DNA from: the human T2T-CHM13v2.0 reference genome, Homo sapiens
Assembly: GCF_009914755.1 (NCBI RefSeq)
Contig: NC_060927.1
Direction: 5' to 3' (one strand)
DNA: 64,000 bases
Part shown: one piece after another, positions 1 to 13,445 of the stretch
How the letters are laid out: each line of letters starts with the position of its first letter
Position numbering within the stretch: position 1 is the first letter of the stretch
Notes under the pieces: model-generated
Told to the model about the DNA's origin: nothing
The model's database searches: none
What the model saw: only the letters and a program-made list of their open reading frames with translations
Position numbers and translations under genes: made by a program

Positions 1-203
1 TTATTAAAAACAAAAAACAACAGATGTCGTTATGGATGCAGAGAAAGGGGAATGTCTATACACTGCTGGTGGGAATGTAAATTACTTAAACCTCTATGAA
101 AAGCAGTGTGGAGATTTCTCAAAGAATTAAAAATAGAACTACCATTCAGAGCAATCCCACTACTGGGTATTAACCCAAAGGAAAAGAAATCATTATATAA
201 AAA

Positions 204-217
204 AGACACCTGCACAT

Positions 218-263
<46 letters not shown>

Positions 264-276
264 ATGTGCAGGTGTC

Positions 277-277
<1 letters not shown>
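204..277. repeat. Perfect 74-bp palindrome: 17-bp arms around (AT)20
   Basis: agacacctgcacatggg (204-220), (AT)20 (221-260), cccatgtgcaggtgtct (261-277). The arms are exact reverse complements. Confidence 0.97.

Positions 278-284
<7 letters not shown>

Positions 285-326
<42 letters not shown>
285..326. repeat. (CA)21 microsatellite
   Basis: Directly visible. Confidence 0.97.
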
Positions 327-328
<2 letters not shown>

Positions 329-689
329 ATGGAGTACTACACAGCCATAAAAAAATAATGAAATCATATCCTTTGCATCAACATGGATGGAACTGTAGTC
401 CATTATTCTAAGTGAACTAACTCAGAAACAGAAAATCAAATATCACATGTTCTCAAAAGTGGGAGCTAAACAATGGGTACACATGGACACAAAGATGAAA
501 ATAATAGACACTGAGGACTCCAAAGAGGTTGGGAGGGGAGTGGGGGTTTGAAAAATTATCTATCGAGTACAATGTTCACTATTTGGGTAACACACTAGCC
601 CAACCCCTACCCTTATGCAATATATCCATGTAACAAGCATGTATATGTATCTCCTGAATCTAAAATAAAATAAAACTTTTTTAGAAGGA

Positions 690-1085
690 ATCAGTGTGCT
701 GGACACTGCTAAGTGCTCTGAGAATACAAAATGATTTAGAGTTGTTTCCCTTAAGGGACTCATCATCTCCTGGAGAAAGACAAGATGAGCCAATACTCTG
801 ATAAAGGTGTAAAGAGAAACTTTTGGAGCTAAGAGTGATTGATTTGAATTTTGGGCTTGGGATTCTGGGAAGGGCAGGGAGGATCAGTGAAGGTTTCACA
901 AACAGGGAGAAGTTCAAGTAGGACTGTTTTGGTACCTATTGATCTCTAGCAATACAACTATGGAAAAACATAAAGAAGCTCATTCATTATCTCAAGGCAA
1001 GCTATGTGCCTGGACCTGAGCTAAGAATTAGAGCTATAACCTTAAGCAAGACAGAGTTCCTGACTTCAAAGAGTGTATAGCCTGC
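690..1085 (-). mobile_element. Degraded L2 fragments
   Basis: tgtgctggacactgctaagtgctctgagaatacaaa and tatgtgcctggacctgagctaag...agacagagttcctgacttcaaagag resemble an antisense L2 3' end. Confidence 0.4.
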
Positions 1086-1109
1086 TAACACACTCGTGAT
1101 CACACCACC

Positions 1110-1560
1110 AAGAGTTAACCACTGCTGATATGTTGGTGCGGTCCTTCCCAATTTGAAAGAAAAAAAAGTTGAGATTACCCTGTGCGTACAGTTTTGTGCC
1201 TTGGTTTGTTTTTTCTCTCCTGGTACACAGATATTGTGAGAATTTTCCTCACAGCATTAAATAATCTACAAAATCATGATTTTGAATTGATACATCACAC
1301 ATTGTCATATGAATATATCATTGTTTACTTGAGCGATTCTCTGTTGCTGGGAAATGTTTTCTAGTTTTTGCTACTACAAAATAACACTGTAACAAATATA
1401 CTTAATCTTTATGCTTCTCTCACAATTTTCTTAGGGTAAGTTTCCAAACTAGCTAAATAACTAGTTCAAAAAGAAAGAACATTTTAGAAGCTCTTGCTGA
1501 TAGTTTTTCTAATGTGGCTTATAGAAATGTTGTCCGGGTTTGTGTTTCCCTAGCAGGTAT
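1110..1560 (-). mobile_element. Old L1 (L1ME-like) fragment
   Basis: gttaaccactgctgatatgttgg...ttttctagtttttgctactacaaaataacactgtaacaaata...ttcttagggtaagtttcc is typical of antisense L1M. Confidence 0.5.
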
Positions 1561-1879
1561 CTGAGTGTCTTCTGCCTGGAGATTGTCAAGCGGCAGACCA
1601 TGAGGAAAGCAAGCCTGGTCCCAGGAATGGGGTGGGGAGTTTTGGCCAAGCGTGACATGAACTAAAAAATGCTGAAAGAAACCAAAAGACAGGCTACAAA
1701 CTACAATCAATGAATAGCCAGTAGGAACTTGGCAATTAAGGAAATAAATTGTAGGAAATGATTACAACACAGTCCAAGTCAACACAAAGATTTTATTTGC
1801 TTCTAGCACAATTTTAGGGCACCATTCTGAAACCTGTGTGTGACTAAAGGGATTCTGAGAAACAAAGGTTCACTGTGGG

Positions 1880-2325
1880 TGTAGTTAGAGCTCCTTGAGT
1901 AGCAAGCAACAGAAACTGACCTTGGCTCATCTAAATCAAAAGGGAATTTACTGGAAAAACAGCTGATCTTTCAATAGCTCAACTGGAAATCAGGTCCAGA
2001 AACTAGGAAAGAACAAACAGGAACCGGGGTGACGCCATAGGCAAGAAGCAGCACAGAATCAAGACCTAGGACCTCCTCATTGGGGTCGCTTGGCTACACA
2101 ACTGTGAATCACAAATGAGCTCCAGTTGGTTTCCATCTTTTGATGACTTTGTTCAAATGTCAGATTCCAAGGAAGGAGGATCTGACCGACCTCATGTGGC
2201 TCACATGCATTACCCCAGGCCAGAGAAAGGCAGACACCCTGACTAACAACTTTCCATATGTAGAATAAGTAATTCTTAGAGGTAGGTCAGGGCACAGCCA
2301 GCCAAAACCAAAACTGTTTACCATA
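1880..2325 (-). mobile_element. Old MaLR LTR (MLT1K/L-like)
   Basis: gtagcaagcaacagaaactgaccttggctcatctaaatcaaaagggaatttactggaa matches the recalled antisense MLT1K/L start. Confidence 0.55.
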
Positions 2326-4581
2326 CCATGTTACCTGGCAGGTGAGGTACACTAAGATTTAACCATTGTTAATCTCTGAGCCCAAATTAATTTCCCACAT
2401 CGAACTCCTGCCTCCCCACCCCACCACACCCCACCAAAGTAGAATTCTGTGGAAGTGAAGAGACCCAGGAACTGTTAAGCTTTGATCAGACACGACTGAG
2501 AAATTCTAAATACCAGCCATCGTGTATGTGGTGCTGTGCTGGAAGTTGGTATGAATAAATAATTAAAATAAATAATCCTGCTTTAACTTGAACTGAGGTT
2601 TAGCCTTTCTCCCTCCCCACTTCTTTTTCATCTGGAGCTCTGGGCTTTGACTGATTAAAAACAACAAGGGAGCAAGTGAACTGGAAGGAGTCTTGACTGA
2701 GAGCCAAAGCCAGACTCCTGCTGCCTTCTGCTGGGCCAGAGTCCCCTCCTCCATCTGATGAGCCTAGTGCAGAAAAGAGAGCCCAAAAGATATTGCCTGG
2801 CTTTGTTTGAGAGGAATGCTAAAACCAGATCAGTACAGGGGGCAATGGGAAGCTGGCTCTCCCCAAGAGGTCTCTCCCTTGAGACAAAATCTCTCAGGCT
2901 TGTCTTTCTCTCCTGGCTTGTAGGAATCACGCCTCATCCCAGTGGCTATAACTGAAGCCATTGGCCCTGCGTGTGCTGCTTCTGGTACCCGCGAACAGAA
3001 AGAAGAAACCCAGTTCCCCTCAGGCACCCTCATCATTCAGCCAGGCAGTGATAGGAAGAAAAGGGGAACTGATAACTTTCAGGAACAGAAGCAAAGTAAC
3101 ACAAATCTCATGGCACTGTGGCACATGACAAGTCACAGGATCAGGGCGGGGGTTCATGCAGGAATGTAACACGGGAGATGAGCTGCCCTTGAGGACAGGG
3201 CGGTGGTCAGGAAATGGCAGACTCCACTCTTTCTGAAAAGAGGCCAGGAGTCCTGGTCTCAGGTCCTTGGGTACTGCAGAGCAGACGTCATTAGACATTT
3301 CCTTTGAGTAATCAGGACTGCAGGTAATGAATTACTCCCTTGGGAAGTGGGTTTGGGGCTGCAAAGTGGGGACAGTGATCCTACACTGATCTCCAGAGTC
3401 AACTCAGTCTTCAAGAGTACATTCTAGAAAGACTTTGGGATCTTTACATCCACAGAGCCAAGGCAAGATCCCAAGAGCTCTGGAGAATGCTCTTTCAGAG
3501 TCCCAGAGGAGTGGAGAAATGACCATTTGGTCCAGGACACTTGCTGATTTGGGAAGGGGCGGCCTTGCCAGTCTGTGGAGCCAGGGTCTGAGTAGAATCA
3601 TCACAGAGTACTCTGCCCAGAAAGAGTTACAGTGGCCCCACCACATGCAGAATTTAGAAACTGCCATGCCATACAATACTAGTAAAAATATTAACAGGGT
3701 TCCAGTTTTCCCCACGATAAACACTTCAATATTTTTTTCTAAAATATCAAATCATTTCCATTTTTTCTCATTTTCTAGGGCTTTGTTTGCCTAGTCTGCT
3801 TCGGGTAACGATGTGCTAGGCATGGCCCCAGGAGGCTCCAGCAGACTTTGTTAACTGGCAAGAGGCTGCTTTTGTGCATCACAGCAGGAAGAAAGTCTAC
3901 ATGTGAAAAGCTTCCTGCTTGGAACATGGGGGTCAAGAGGACTTGCTCCTAAGGAGGAGAATATCTGTCCTGGGCAGGCTCTGTTCTCCCCCACAGGGCT
4001 TCTCTGGGTGGGCCCCTCAGCCCCATCTGCAGAGCGGAGGCTGAAGGACCAAGAGCAGGTCATGTGGGTCTGAGGGCACCTGGGATGAACTGTCACCCTG
4101 AGAACTATCTGTTGAACGCAGCCTTCTCTTCGGTGACACTTAGTCCCAATCTAAGGGTCTCTGGCATGGAGCGTGTCAACTCAGCATGCAAGCTCTGCTG
4201 CACCGGCCATCCCTCTTCCACAGATGCTCTTGCCTGCCTTTCCCTGTACTCAATCCCACCCTCGCTCTGTGTCCATCCCTAAACCCACTGTAGCTGGAAG
4301 TCCATTTCTCTCCTTCTATGGGGCACTTACATTCTTCTGACCTTTCACCTGTGTTGCCTACACTTAGCTTTTCCTTTTAACTTTTAATCTGTTTTGGGCT
4401 CATATCTAAAGTCTATCATATGCTCCAGAAGGCCAGGGTCATTTTTTTTTCTATTCTCTGTGTGTCCTGCACAGTCCCTAACACATAATAAGTGCTCCTC
4501 TGTGTCCCTTTTTCCTCAAAAAGCTTGCTGATAATAGCTCAATTACAGGACACATACATCACCTTCACACATTACCTAGAA

Positions 4582-4758
4582 CAGTGGCCCTTAACCTCTT
4601 AAGAGTGACTATATTCTTAAGAATATAGTGAAAGCGACAAACCCCTCCTCAAAAAGATGCACATGGACATATATGGAAAAATTGCTTCATGCAAATTTCA
4701 GGATTTTACAGCCCCTCTGCAACCTGTTCAGCCATTGACTCTAAGCTAAGAAACACTG
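4582..4758. mobile_element. hAT-Charlie non-autonomous DNA transposon (Charlie4z-like)
   Basis: Termini cagtggcccttaacc ... gctaagaaacactg. Internal aaaagatgcacat...gcaaatttcagg. Confidence 0.5.
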
Positions 4759-6138
4759 TTTAAACCGGTTCTTTTAACTGCACTGCGAGGTGGCTGCACA
4801 GACATTGTGGCCTGTGTTTAACAGGTGGGAAAAACTGAGGGTTGGAGATGGGGAGAGACTCCTCCAGACTGCTCTATATGGTTGATTGGTGTGGCTCCTT
4901 GCCCAGTGCCCACATCTCCTTTGATATCTATTTTGCAGATTTGCCCTGAGAAGTGCAAAATCAACACAGAAATATCTCTTCCATCAGTACCTGTGCATCA
5001 GGGCAGAAACTGTAATTCTTGTCATTCTTGCCCTTGCTATGATGTTTGGCATCTGATGAAACAGTGCCTCACAAAGTCCAGCTGCAATTCTTGCCAGGGC
5101 TGAAGCGAGTTCCTCTCCTGGTGTCAGAGGACAGCTTGCTTATTGTTGTAAATTTTTTATTTTCTCATCAGAGGCTCCCAGCTGTCTCTCCAAATCTGAA
5201 TACAAGAAGTCAAATGTGAGAGCAGCCAGGTGGAGTTATTAGCATTGCGGCAGACCTTCTCATCTCAGCAGCTGCATCAGTTATTCTCGTGTGTTGGCTT
5301 GAGATGCCCTGCACCAAACCATGGGCCCTTTACTCAATCGACCCCATGATTCGGAAGGCCCCGGCATCTCGGCAGGCAAATGACGTGATGAGGAAGGAGT
5401 CATGGAAGGGCATTGAGCCAGCACCTTACACAGCAGCTTCAGTTTCCACTGTCAGTGCGTGATATGTGAATGAAAATCCCTGCGTAGTCATTAATGCATA
5501 ATGCCTCAGTCACTGCCTCAAAAATCAATCTTTTACTGCCTCAACGAGGAAAAAAAACAATCCCACTGCTCTCCCAGGCCCTGTAGTGTGAGTCTATCAT
5601 GGCCACTTGGGCATCACTTGGGCTCAGCTCCCTGACATGACAGAGTGTAATAGCTTCATAAAAAAGCAAGAGTGGTGGTTTTTTCAAACACCATTTGCTG
5701 TGTTTGAACAAATGTGCTTCATCACAGCTCCGCCTGCCTGTGGGCTGCTCTGTAGCTGACAGATAGCCCCAGCCTAAGGAAGCTAAGGTAAAGATACATG
5801 AAGTTCACCTTCCTGCACACTCAAAATATTCAAATCTTCTCTAACCACAGCCACAGGGCTCGTGCCAAATAGGTGTGCCCCTTCCTTGAATTTGTATGTG
5901 TGAATATTTCAAGCAGTGATGGCCCTGTATACCTTCTAAGGAAAAATATGTCTCTCAAATCAGCTGTTGTTGTTACTTTTTGCCCTTGTGGTTTCCCGGC
6001 ATGACCCCAGGCACCTGTTAGTAGCTGTTGTGCTCCAAGACCACAACCTCCTAAACAAAGGTATTTATATTTCAAAGGGGATGAGGCCTTATTCAGTTCC
6101 TTCCTTCCCCACCTCCTTTAAGAAAATTCCAGCATTTG

Positions 6139-6436
6139 GGCTGGGCGTGGTAGCTCACTCCGGTAGTCCCAGCACTTTGGGAGGCCGAGATGGGTGGATC
6201 TCTTGAGGACAGGAGTTCGAGACCAGCCTGGCCAACATGATGAAACCCCATCTCTACTAAAAACACAAAAATTAACTGGGCATGATGGTACATGCCTGTA
6301 GTCCTAGCTACTCAAGAGGCTGAGGCAGGAGAATTGCTTGAACCCAGGAGGCAGAGGTTGTAGTGAGCCAAGATCTTGCCATGCACTCCAGCCTGGGAGA
6401 CAGAGTGAGACTCCATCTCAAAAAAGAAAAAAAGAA
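6139..6436 (+). mobile_element. Full-length AluS (Sx/Sz-like)
   Basis: Dimeric Alu with A tail. 19-bp TSD aagaaaattccag(ca/tg)tttg at 6120-6138 and 6437-6455. Confidence 0.97.
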
Positions 6437-6631
6437 AAGAAAATTCCAGTGTTTGACTAGCGTGCACTGTGATAGCCTGTCAGGGAGAAATATTTGGCCA
6501 GAGGTGTAAGTGGCTGCTGTGCACTGTTGTGTTAAAATGACGGTGACTCTAGGAGTCAGGACACTGTGTAGGACATCACTGAGCATCATGTCTGGTACTT
6601 TCTCTCAGCCTCCTTTGGGAATCACCTGCAT

Positions 6632-6860
6632 CAGTGGTTCTCAACCAGGGGTAGTTCAGGAGACATTGTCAATGACTGGGGATACTGCCAGTGTTTTTGA
6701 TATCATAACTTGGGAGGAAGAGGAGGAGGAGGAGTGCTACTGGCATCCATTGGGGAGAGGCCAAGGATGCTGCTCAACATCCAGCAGGGCACAGGACAGC
6801 CCCCCACAACCAAGAATTATCCAGCCCAAATGTCAATGGTGCCAACGTTCAGAATCACTG
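6632..6860 (+). mobile_element. MER20 (hAT-Charlie) DNA transposon
   Basis: cagtggttctcaaccagggg ... tgctactggcatc ... gcacaggacagccccccacaaccaagaattatccagcccaaatgtcaatggtgcc ... cactg. Confidence 0.88.
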
Positions 6861-6957
6861 GCTACATTGACTAAGTCACTGCCACTTTCGCACTACAGTC
6901 TGTTCCAATAATCTGTGGTAGAGATACACATCTGGATAGGAAAATTGTCATCCTTCT

Positions 6958-7330
6958 TCAATTCATTTAAATTTCATAAAAATGTATTGGATGTCTAACC
7001 TGTGTAAGGGCCATGGGAATGATGACAGAGAGCGTCTCGGCCTTCCAGAAACTTAAGTCCAGTGACAGAGACAGACAAGTGCGTACCAACCATGCAATGC
7101 CATATCAGGAGCGGGTGGCGAGTGCTGTCACAGCATACAAGGGGCTGGGAACCTGAGAAGCAGAGATGACCTCCAGCCGGCCCAGAGGGCAGGCAGGCTA
7201 TGCAAAGTTTTCAGAAAAAAATAGATGTGAGCTGTGGGGGCTGCAGGGATGAGGAAACCTCACACAGGTGAAGCAGGACGGGGAGCTCTGAAGACTCAGG
7301 GAAGAATGTGAGCAAAGGCAGAGATGCTGC
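6958..7330 (-). mobile_element. L2 fragment
   Basis: attcatt...atgtattggatgtctaacctgtgtaaggg...ggccttccagaaacttaagtccagtg follows the antisense L2 3' pattern. Confidence 0.5.
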
Positions 7331-7602
7331 CTGGTGGGATGGTGGGAAAGGAAGTAAGGGGCTGACTTCTGTGGCTTGCCCTAGGCCGCCTGGTGCACTA
7401 GGGTGGAGGAGGCTGACTTTCTTCCTTTTGTTACATTTACTATTTTGGAATAGTGGGCCACATATTTACATTTCAGACTTTTATAGTCTCTTCCTTTGTT
7501 TGCTACGGTCACATTAATATTCAGTAGAGAATCTTGCCATTTTTATGCAGTATTTAGTGGAGAAGAGACTTTTCACCTAAAAGTAAATTACAAGTTTCTC
7601 CT

Positions 7603-7997
<395 letters not shown>

Positions 7998-10086
7998 TCA
8001 TTTTTAGTGCATATATTTGAAAATATCTCAGAATCATGGATTCCAGAGACGGAAGAGATCTTGAGAAATGCTCAGGTTCAGTTTTGTCTGGTCCAACCAG
8101 ATAAGCTATTTTCGTCATCATTTCACAGATGAGACAATTAAACATCTGCACATTTTAGACAGAAAATAAGCCTACGTTAAGTGGCAGGATTTTTAAACCT
8201 GATGCATTTGCTAAGTGGTGCAGTACTCGAGATTTGGAGGTGAGAGAGTAACTATTGTCCAGACTCAATTGCCCAGAGATCAAGGAGGTAGACTTGGGGG
8301 TAGAGGGATACAGGCTTAAAGGGCAGTAGGAAGCCACCCAAGCTCAAGATTTATTGGAGGGCAGATTCTCATCTCTATACTGATTGAGTGACCCCAGCCA
8401 GTGAGATCTCCTGGAAGCAGATGTGGGGAACAGTTGTGATTGTTGTAAGTCAGAGGACAAAGTTCATCTGGAGAGAGCATCTGTCCAGGGAATCTCTGGA
8501 GACTGGAGCCACTGTAGGAAATTCGGGATTTCAACAGAGAAAAAGCTTCCCTTGGGTGTGGGCAGGCAGGGGATATCCCTGGGGATCTTGACCGTAAGTG
8601 ACCACCAAGATGTGCTCCAACCCAGACTTCCCTGACTCTGGGCAGCCTGTGGACTCTCCTACCCTGGCTCAGAATCTCCGCCTTGGTTACAGTTCGAACT
8701 GAGATGACCTCTTGTTTCCCATCAAAAATGCACCCTTTTCCTCTCAACATCCCCAGTATGGGGCTCACTGCCACATCATTTGCCCCACTCCAGGGCAGGG
8801 CCCACCCGGGAAAAAGCCCTGGTTTTCTTTCTGAAGACCACCCTAGTTTATAATAGCAAATAAATATGGATTATTTTTCTCAGTACAAGTTCCTGGGTAT
8901 GGGACTCAGAGAGTTGCTTTTGTCAGCTCATGAGATGGAGAAGGAAACAGTGTGGGGAAATCCCAAACCCTTGGCTACCCCATTTCCTAAAGTGAACTTT
9001 ACCCCTGGCATCATTAAGTGACTTTAACAGCCTTGTACTTGCAAAGTGAACTAAAAAGGCAAATGTATAAAAATCAGGTCCTTTTGGGGGGATCACAGAA
9101 ATGCTTTATGAGATCCTTTTACAGCTGCCAGTAATCATTTACTCACGTTTTGCTCAACACAGGGGAGGTCCTCTTCTGCTCAAAAGAAAGGCAACTTCCT
9201 ATAAAACAGACTTGCGTAGAATCCTTGGCAGGGAGAAGAAAGCAGTGAGATCACTTCTAGGCATGGCTTCTGGGGACTGCTGATTTCCTTGACGATAATG
9301 CCAGTCAGGCCCATAGCAGTGCCTGGCAGCTGCTTCCCTCCCACACCAAAGAAGCCCAGGCCTCCTTAGGTTTACAGGCCCCTGGCCATGGGCTCTCTGT
9401 AGGAAGTTGGTTGTGTATTTGTTCTGGAAGTGAGCCCTTGGGGCCAATGCACCAGGCTATCACTGGTAATGTCTTCTTTGGAGCAAATTCAGGTAAACGA
9501 CTCTGCTACATGTGGCCTTGTTAAAACAGACAGTTCTGCTCAGCACATTTCCCTGGACATTCTAACACTCGTCGTTACACAGGAGTGAGTAACCAAAGGC
9601 AAAAGGCATCCATGTTAGCACTTAAGGTCTGTTTCCACTTTGGGTTCCAGTCCCATGGCCTGTGTCCTTTTCCTCAGAAACTGTGGTCTCACGGGGTACC
9701 CTCTTCCTCAAGCTGATCCTGGCAAACAGATGTGGTGCCAACTCTGACCATTGCTCCTTGGAGTTGGAGGTACAGATTACTTGTCAGAATCTTGTGATGT
9801 CCTGAGTGGTCTGGGATGCCCCTGCTCAGAACTACCATTTCCTGAATGTTGACTCTTGCAAGGTGTTTACATATGTCATCTGACTTAGTCCTCGCAAGGA
9901 TCCTGTGCTCATTTCACAAGAAAAAGTCTCCCTCTACCCAGGCAGTGTTCCCCCACATCTGGGCCAAGGAGCCTTACCCGAGGGTAAAACAAAGCTGAGG
10001 GGCAAGCAACCACACACCCCATGTTTGGTCTCAAGCACTGGCTGTTTCCTTACAAGTTTAATGTTTTTTAGGAAGATGCTACTTGA

Positions 10087-10347
10087 GGCCAGGAACAGTA
10101 GCTCATGCCTGTAATTCCAGCACTTTGGGAGGCCAAGGCAGGCAAATCAGTTGAGGCCAAGAGTTAGAGACCAGCCTGGCCAACATGGCAAAACCTCATC
10201 TCTACTAAAAATACAAAAATTAGCCGGGCGTGGTGGTGCACACCTGTAATCCCAGCTACCTGGGCAGCTGAAGCATAAGAATCAGTTGAACCTGGGAGGT
10301 GGAGGTTGCGGCGAGCTGAGATCACACCACTGCACTTCAGCCTGGGT
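10087..10347 (+). mobile_element. Alu (S/J-type) whose 3' end merges into a purine repeat
   Basis: Dimeric Alu body ggccaggaacagtagctcatgcctgtaatt...cactgcacttcagcctgggtga. Confidence 0.95.
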
Positions 10348-10827
10348 GAGAGAGAGAGAGAGAGAGAGAGAAGAGAAGAGAGAAGAGAGAGGAGAGAGAG
10401 AGAGAAGAGAGAAGAGAGAGTAGAGAGAGAGAGAGAGATGACAGAGGAAAGAGAAAGAAGAGAGAAGAGACAGGACAGGAGAGAGAGAAGAGAGAGGAGA
10501 GAGAGAGAGGAGAGAGAGAGGAGTGAGAGAGACAGGAGTGAGAGAGAGAGGAGAGAGAGAGAAGAGAGAGGAGACAGAGAGAGAGAGGAGTGAGAGAGAG
10601 AGGAGAGAGAGAAAGAAAGAAAGAAAAGAAAAGAAAGAAAGGAAAAAAGAAAGAGAGAAGAAGGGAGGGAGGAAGGGAAAGAAAGGAAGAAGGAAGAAAA
10701 AGAAAGAAAGAAAGAAAGAAAAGGAGGAGGAGGAAGGAAGGAAGGAGAGAAAGAAAGGAAGAAAGAGAGAGAGAGAAAGAAAAAGAAGGAAAGAAGGAAG
10801 GAAGGAAGGAAAGAAGGAAGGAAGGAG
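10348..10827 (+). repeat. ~480-bp GA-rich compound repeat, (GA)n then (GAAA)n and (GAAG)n
   Basis: Almost all purines. 10592-10827 has no pyrimidine. Confidence 0.97.
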
Positions 10828-10990
10828 CTACTTGAAACTCTAGACCTCCTGGTGGGAAAGTGACACCAGGAGGTACCTTGGCTGTGGCTGGCCCAGGGTA
10901 GCAAACAGCCCAGGAGTGGGCACAGTGGGCTGTAGAAAACCCCACCAGTTGTGCTATGAATTCTGCTTTTATTTTTCTGAAAGAAACTGA

Positions 10991-11233
<243 letters not shown>

Positions 11234-11559
11234 TAAAAAACAAACAAAACAAAGCTTGCTTAACACTCTGCAGATGAAACAACATACTTGTGGACTGGTT
11301 TGCAATTTCTAGGTTAGGCTTTCCCTCTAGACATAAAAATTCAAACACGGATAGAATAGGATCAAATCTTTCATTCTCTTGTTTTTTCATGAAATATATT
11401 TTTTATTACAATGTATTAAAATTCTCAAATTTTAGAACAAAGTTCTAAAAAATATAAATGCTTAAGTGTTTTTGTCACTAAGTTTATTTTTCGTATGAAT
11501 GATACCGCTTTCTGTTCATTGACAGTTCACATGGTGATTTGAGATCTACATGTTATTTA

Positions 11560-11715
11560 TTGCTCACAAGGCAGCTGTGAGGTGGGTGCTGTGACTTCTG
11601 CAGGCATTCATAGAGAAACTGAGGCTAAGAGAAGTTCACTCATGCTCACATGACCACATGTTTGAAAGAGCCTAAAACCCAGCCAGGCGTCCAGACTCTG
11701 ATAGACCTTTTCATT
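11560..11715 (-). mobile_element. MIR fragment
   Basis: catagagaaactgaggctaagagaagtt is the MIR core. Confidence 0.5.
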
Positions 11716-11837
11716 CAGTAAACCGTGGTTTCTAGTTTCTCCCACTAATACTACTGTATCGATGATTATTCTTTGCTCCAGGCCACATGATTTTTTTTCT
11801 GAGATGCCTCTGGTGATTAAATAAAAGAGAAGTCATG

Positions 11838-12173
<336 letters not shown>

Positions 12174-12257
12174 TTAAGCTAGGACTTAATTTTTTTTCTT
12201 TTTGTTTTGTTTTGTTTTGTTTTTGTTTTTTGAGGGAGGCCAATAAGGGAAATGTGG

Positions 12258-12425
12258 ATGGTTTTTAACCTGGAGTTCAGGGACCTAAGAGTGAGTCGAA
12301 GGGAGCCTGGGAGAGGGGCTGAACCCCTGGTAATTATTTGAAACGTTTTGTAGAGACGTGTATTGGGGTATGTTTTGGAGAAGGAGATCTGTAGCTCTTT
12401 CCAGAGTGTGTCTGACTTCCTCAGG
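12258..12425. mobile_element. Degraded Charlie4z-like fragment, opposite orientation to the 4.6-kb copy
   Basis: ggtttttaacctggagttc...tgaacccctggtaatt...tgtagctctttccagagt. Confidence 0.4.
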
Positions 12426-13445
12426 GTAGGCAGGATCCATGCAGGCTGGACTCCAGCCCTTGATCTTTATCGACACTGGAACATAACTTCAGCAACATTC
12501 CTGAATCTGCAAATTGATTTCTCCTCCGTGGCTTTTTTCTGTTAAAAAGATGTAATGCATGCATGCCACCTAGCATCTGGAATTAGTCACCACCAGTGGC
12601 TTTGCTTGAATCCCTTGTTTATTATGCCTCATTACCATGCAACCAGATTGTGTTCCTGCAGGACAGTCCTCTGCAGTTTTCACAACCTCCATCAACCCTC
12701 TGACTCTGATTCGTTCCTTCTTAAAAGATGCAAAACCTTTTTCCTATAAGAAACATTGCAAAACGCCTTTTAATAAAATATAAGTTTTCATGAGCCAATA
12801 ATCAACTCATGCTAACAATTATGTGTCAAGAATATGTAAAAAATGAGAATGACATTGGGGCATTTATTTTGTTACAAAGGCTTTTGGGGTAGTGCAAGAA
12901 CCTTTCAGGAGCAGGTGGTTTTCACTTAATGGTAGAAACTGCATCTGGGACCTAGAGATTGTCCTTTATAATTCTTTATAGGACACAATATGTGGGGAAT
13001 TTTTATAATGGGGACATGAGGATCACCAAAGACTACATCAAGGGTAACCACAGAGCAGGTGTGGCATCAGGTGGCCTGGACTTGATATCCAGCCTTGCAG
13101 CGGCTCACGGTGTAACTGAGGACAAGGCATTTTACTTTTCCAGGCTCTGAGCTTTTCATCTCTTAGACAAATGCTCAGAAGGGAAAGGCAAGGTAAGAAT
13201 AGCATCCATTGAGAACCCACCGGGTTGCCAGGTTCCATTCTTGGTGTTACTACATGCACCCTCCTGCTTATGCTCACAATAGGACATTTGGATTCATGCC
13301 CAAGGACACACAACTTGTAGGTGGCATGGCCAGAATCCAAAGCTGGCTCTCTGGACTCCAAAATTAAGCTCTTTCCATGACCCAGTTCAGTGTTCCTCAA
13401 GCTCTGTCAATAAAGCACCCTCAGCAAGAGAAGAGAATGGCCACA

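Larger units (their letters stand above)
1..676 (+). mobile_element. LINE-1 3' fragment (L1PB-like; end of ORF2, 3'UTR and A-rich tail), runs off the left edge
   Basis: L1 motifs: cactgctggtgggaatgtaaatt, gcaatcccactactgggtat, aacatggatggaactg, aaaattatctatcgagtacaatgttcactatttgggt. Ends ctaaaataaaataaaa. Subfamily from recalled consensus. Confidence 0.9.

Noticed and set aside
10164-10945. Long ORFs (246, 202, 106 aa) rich in S/L/F or R/E/K
   Set aside because: They are translations of the GA-rich simple repeat and the adjoining Alu. The absence of stops is compositional.
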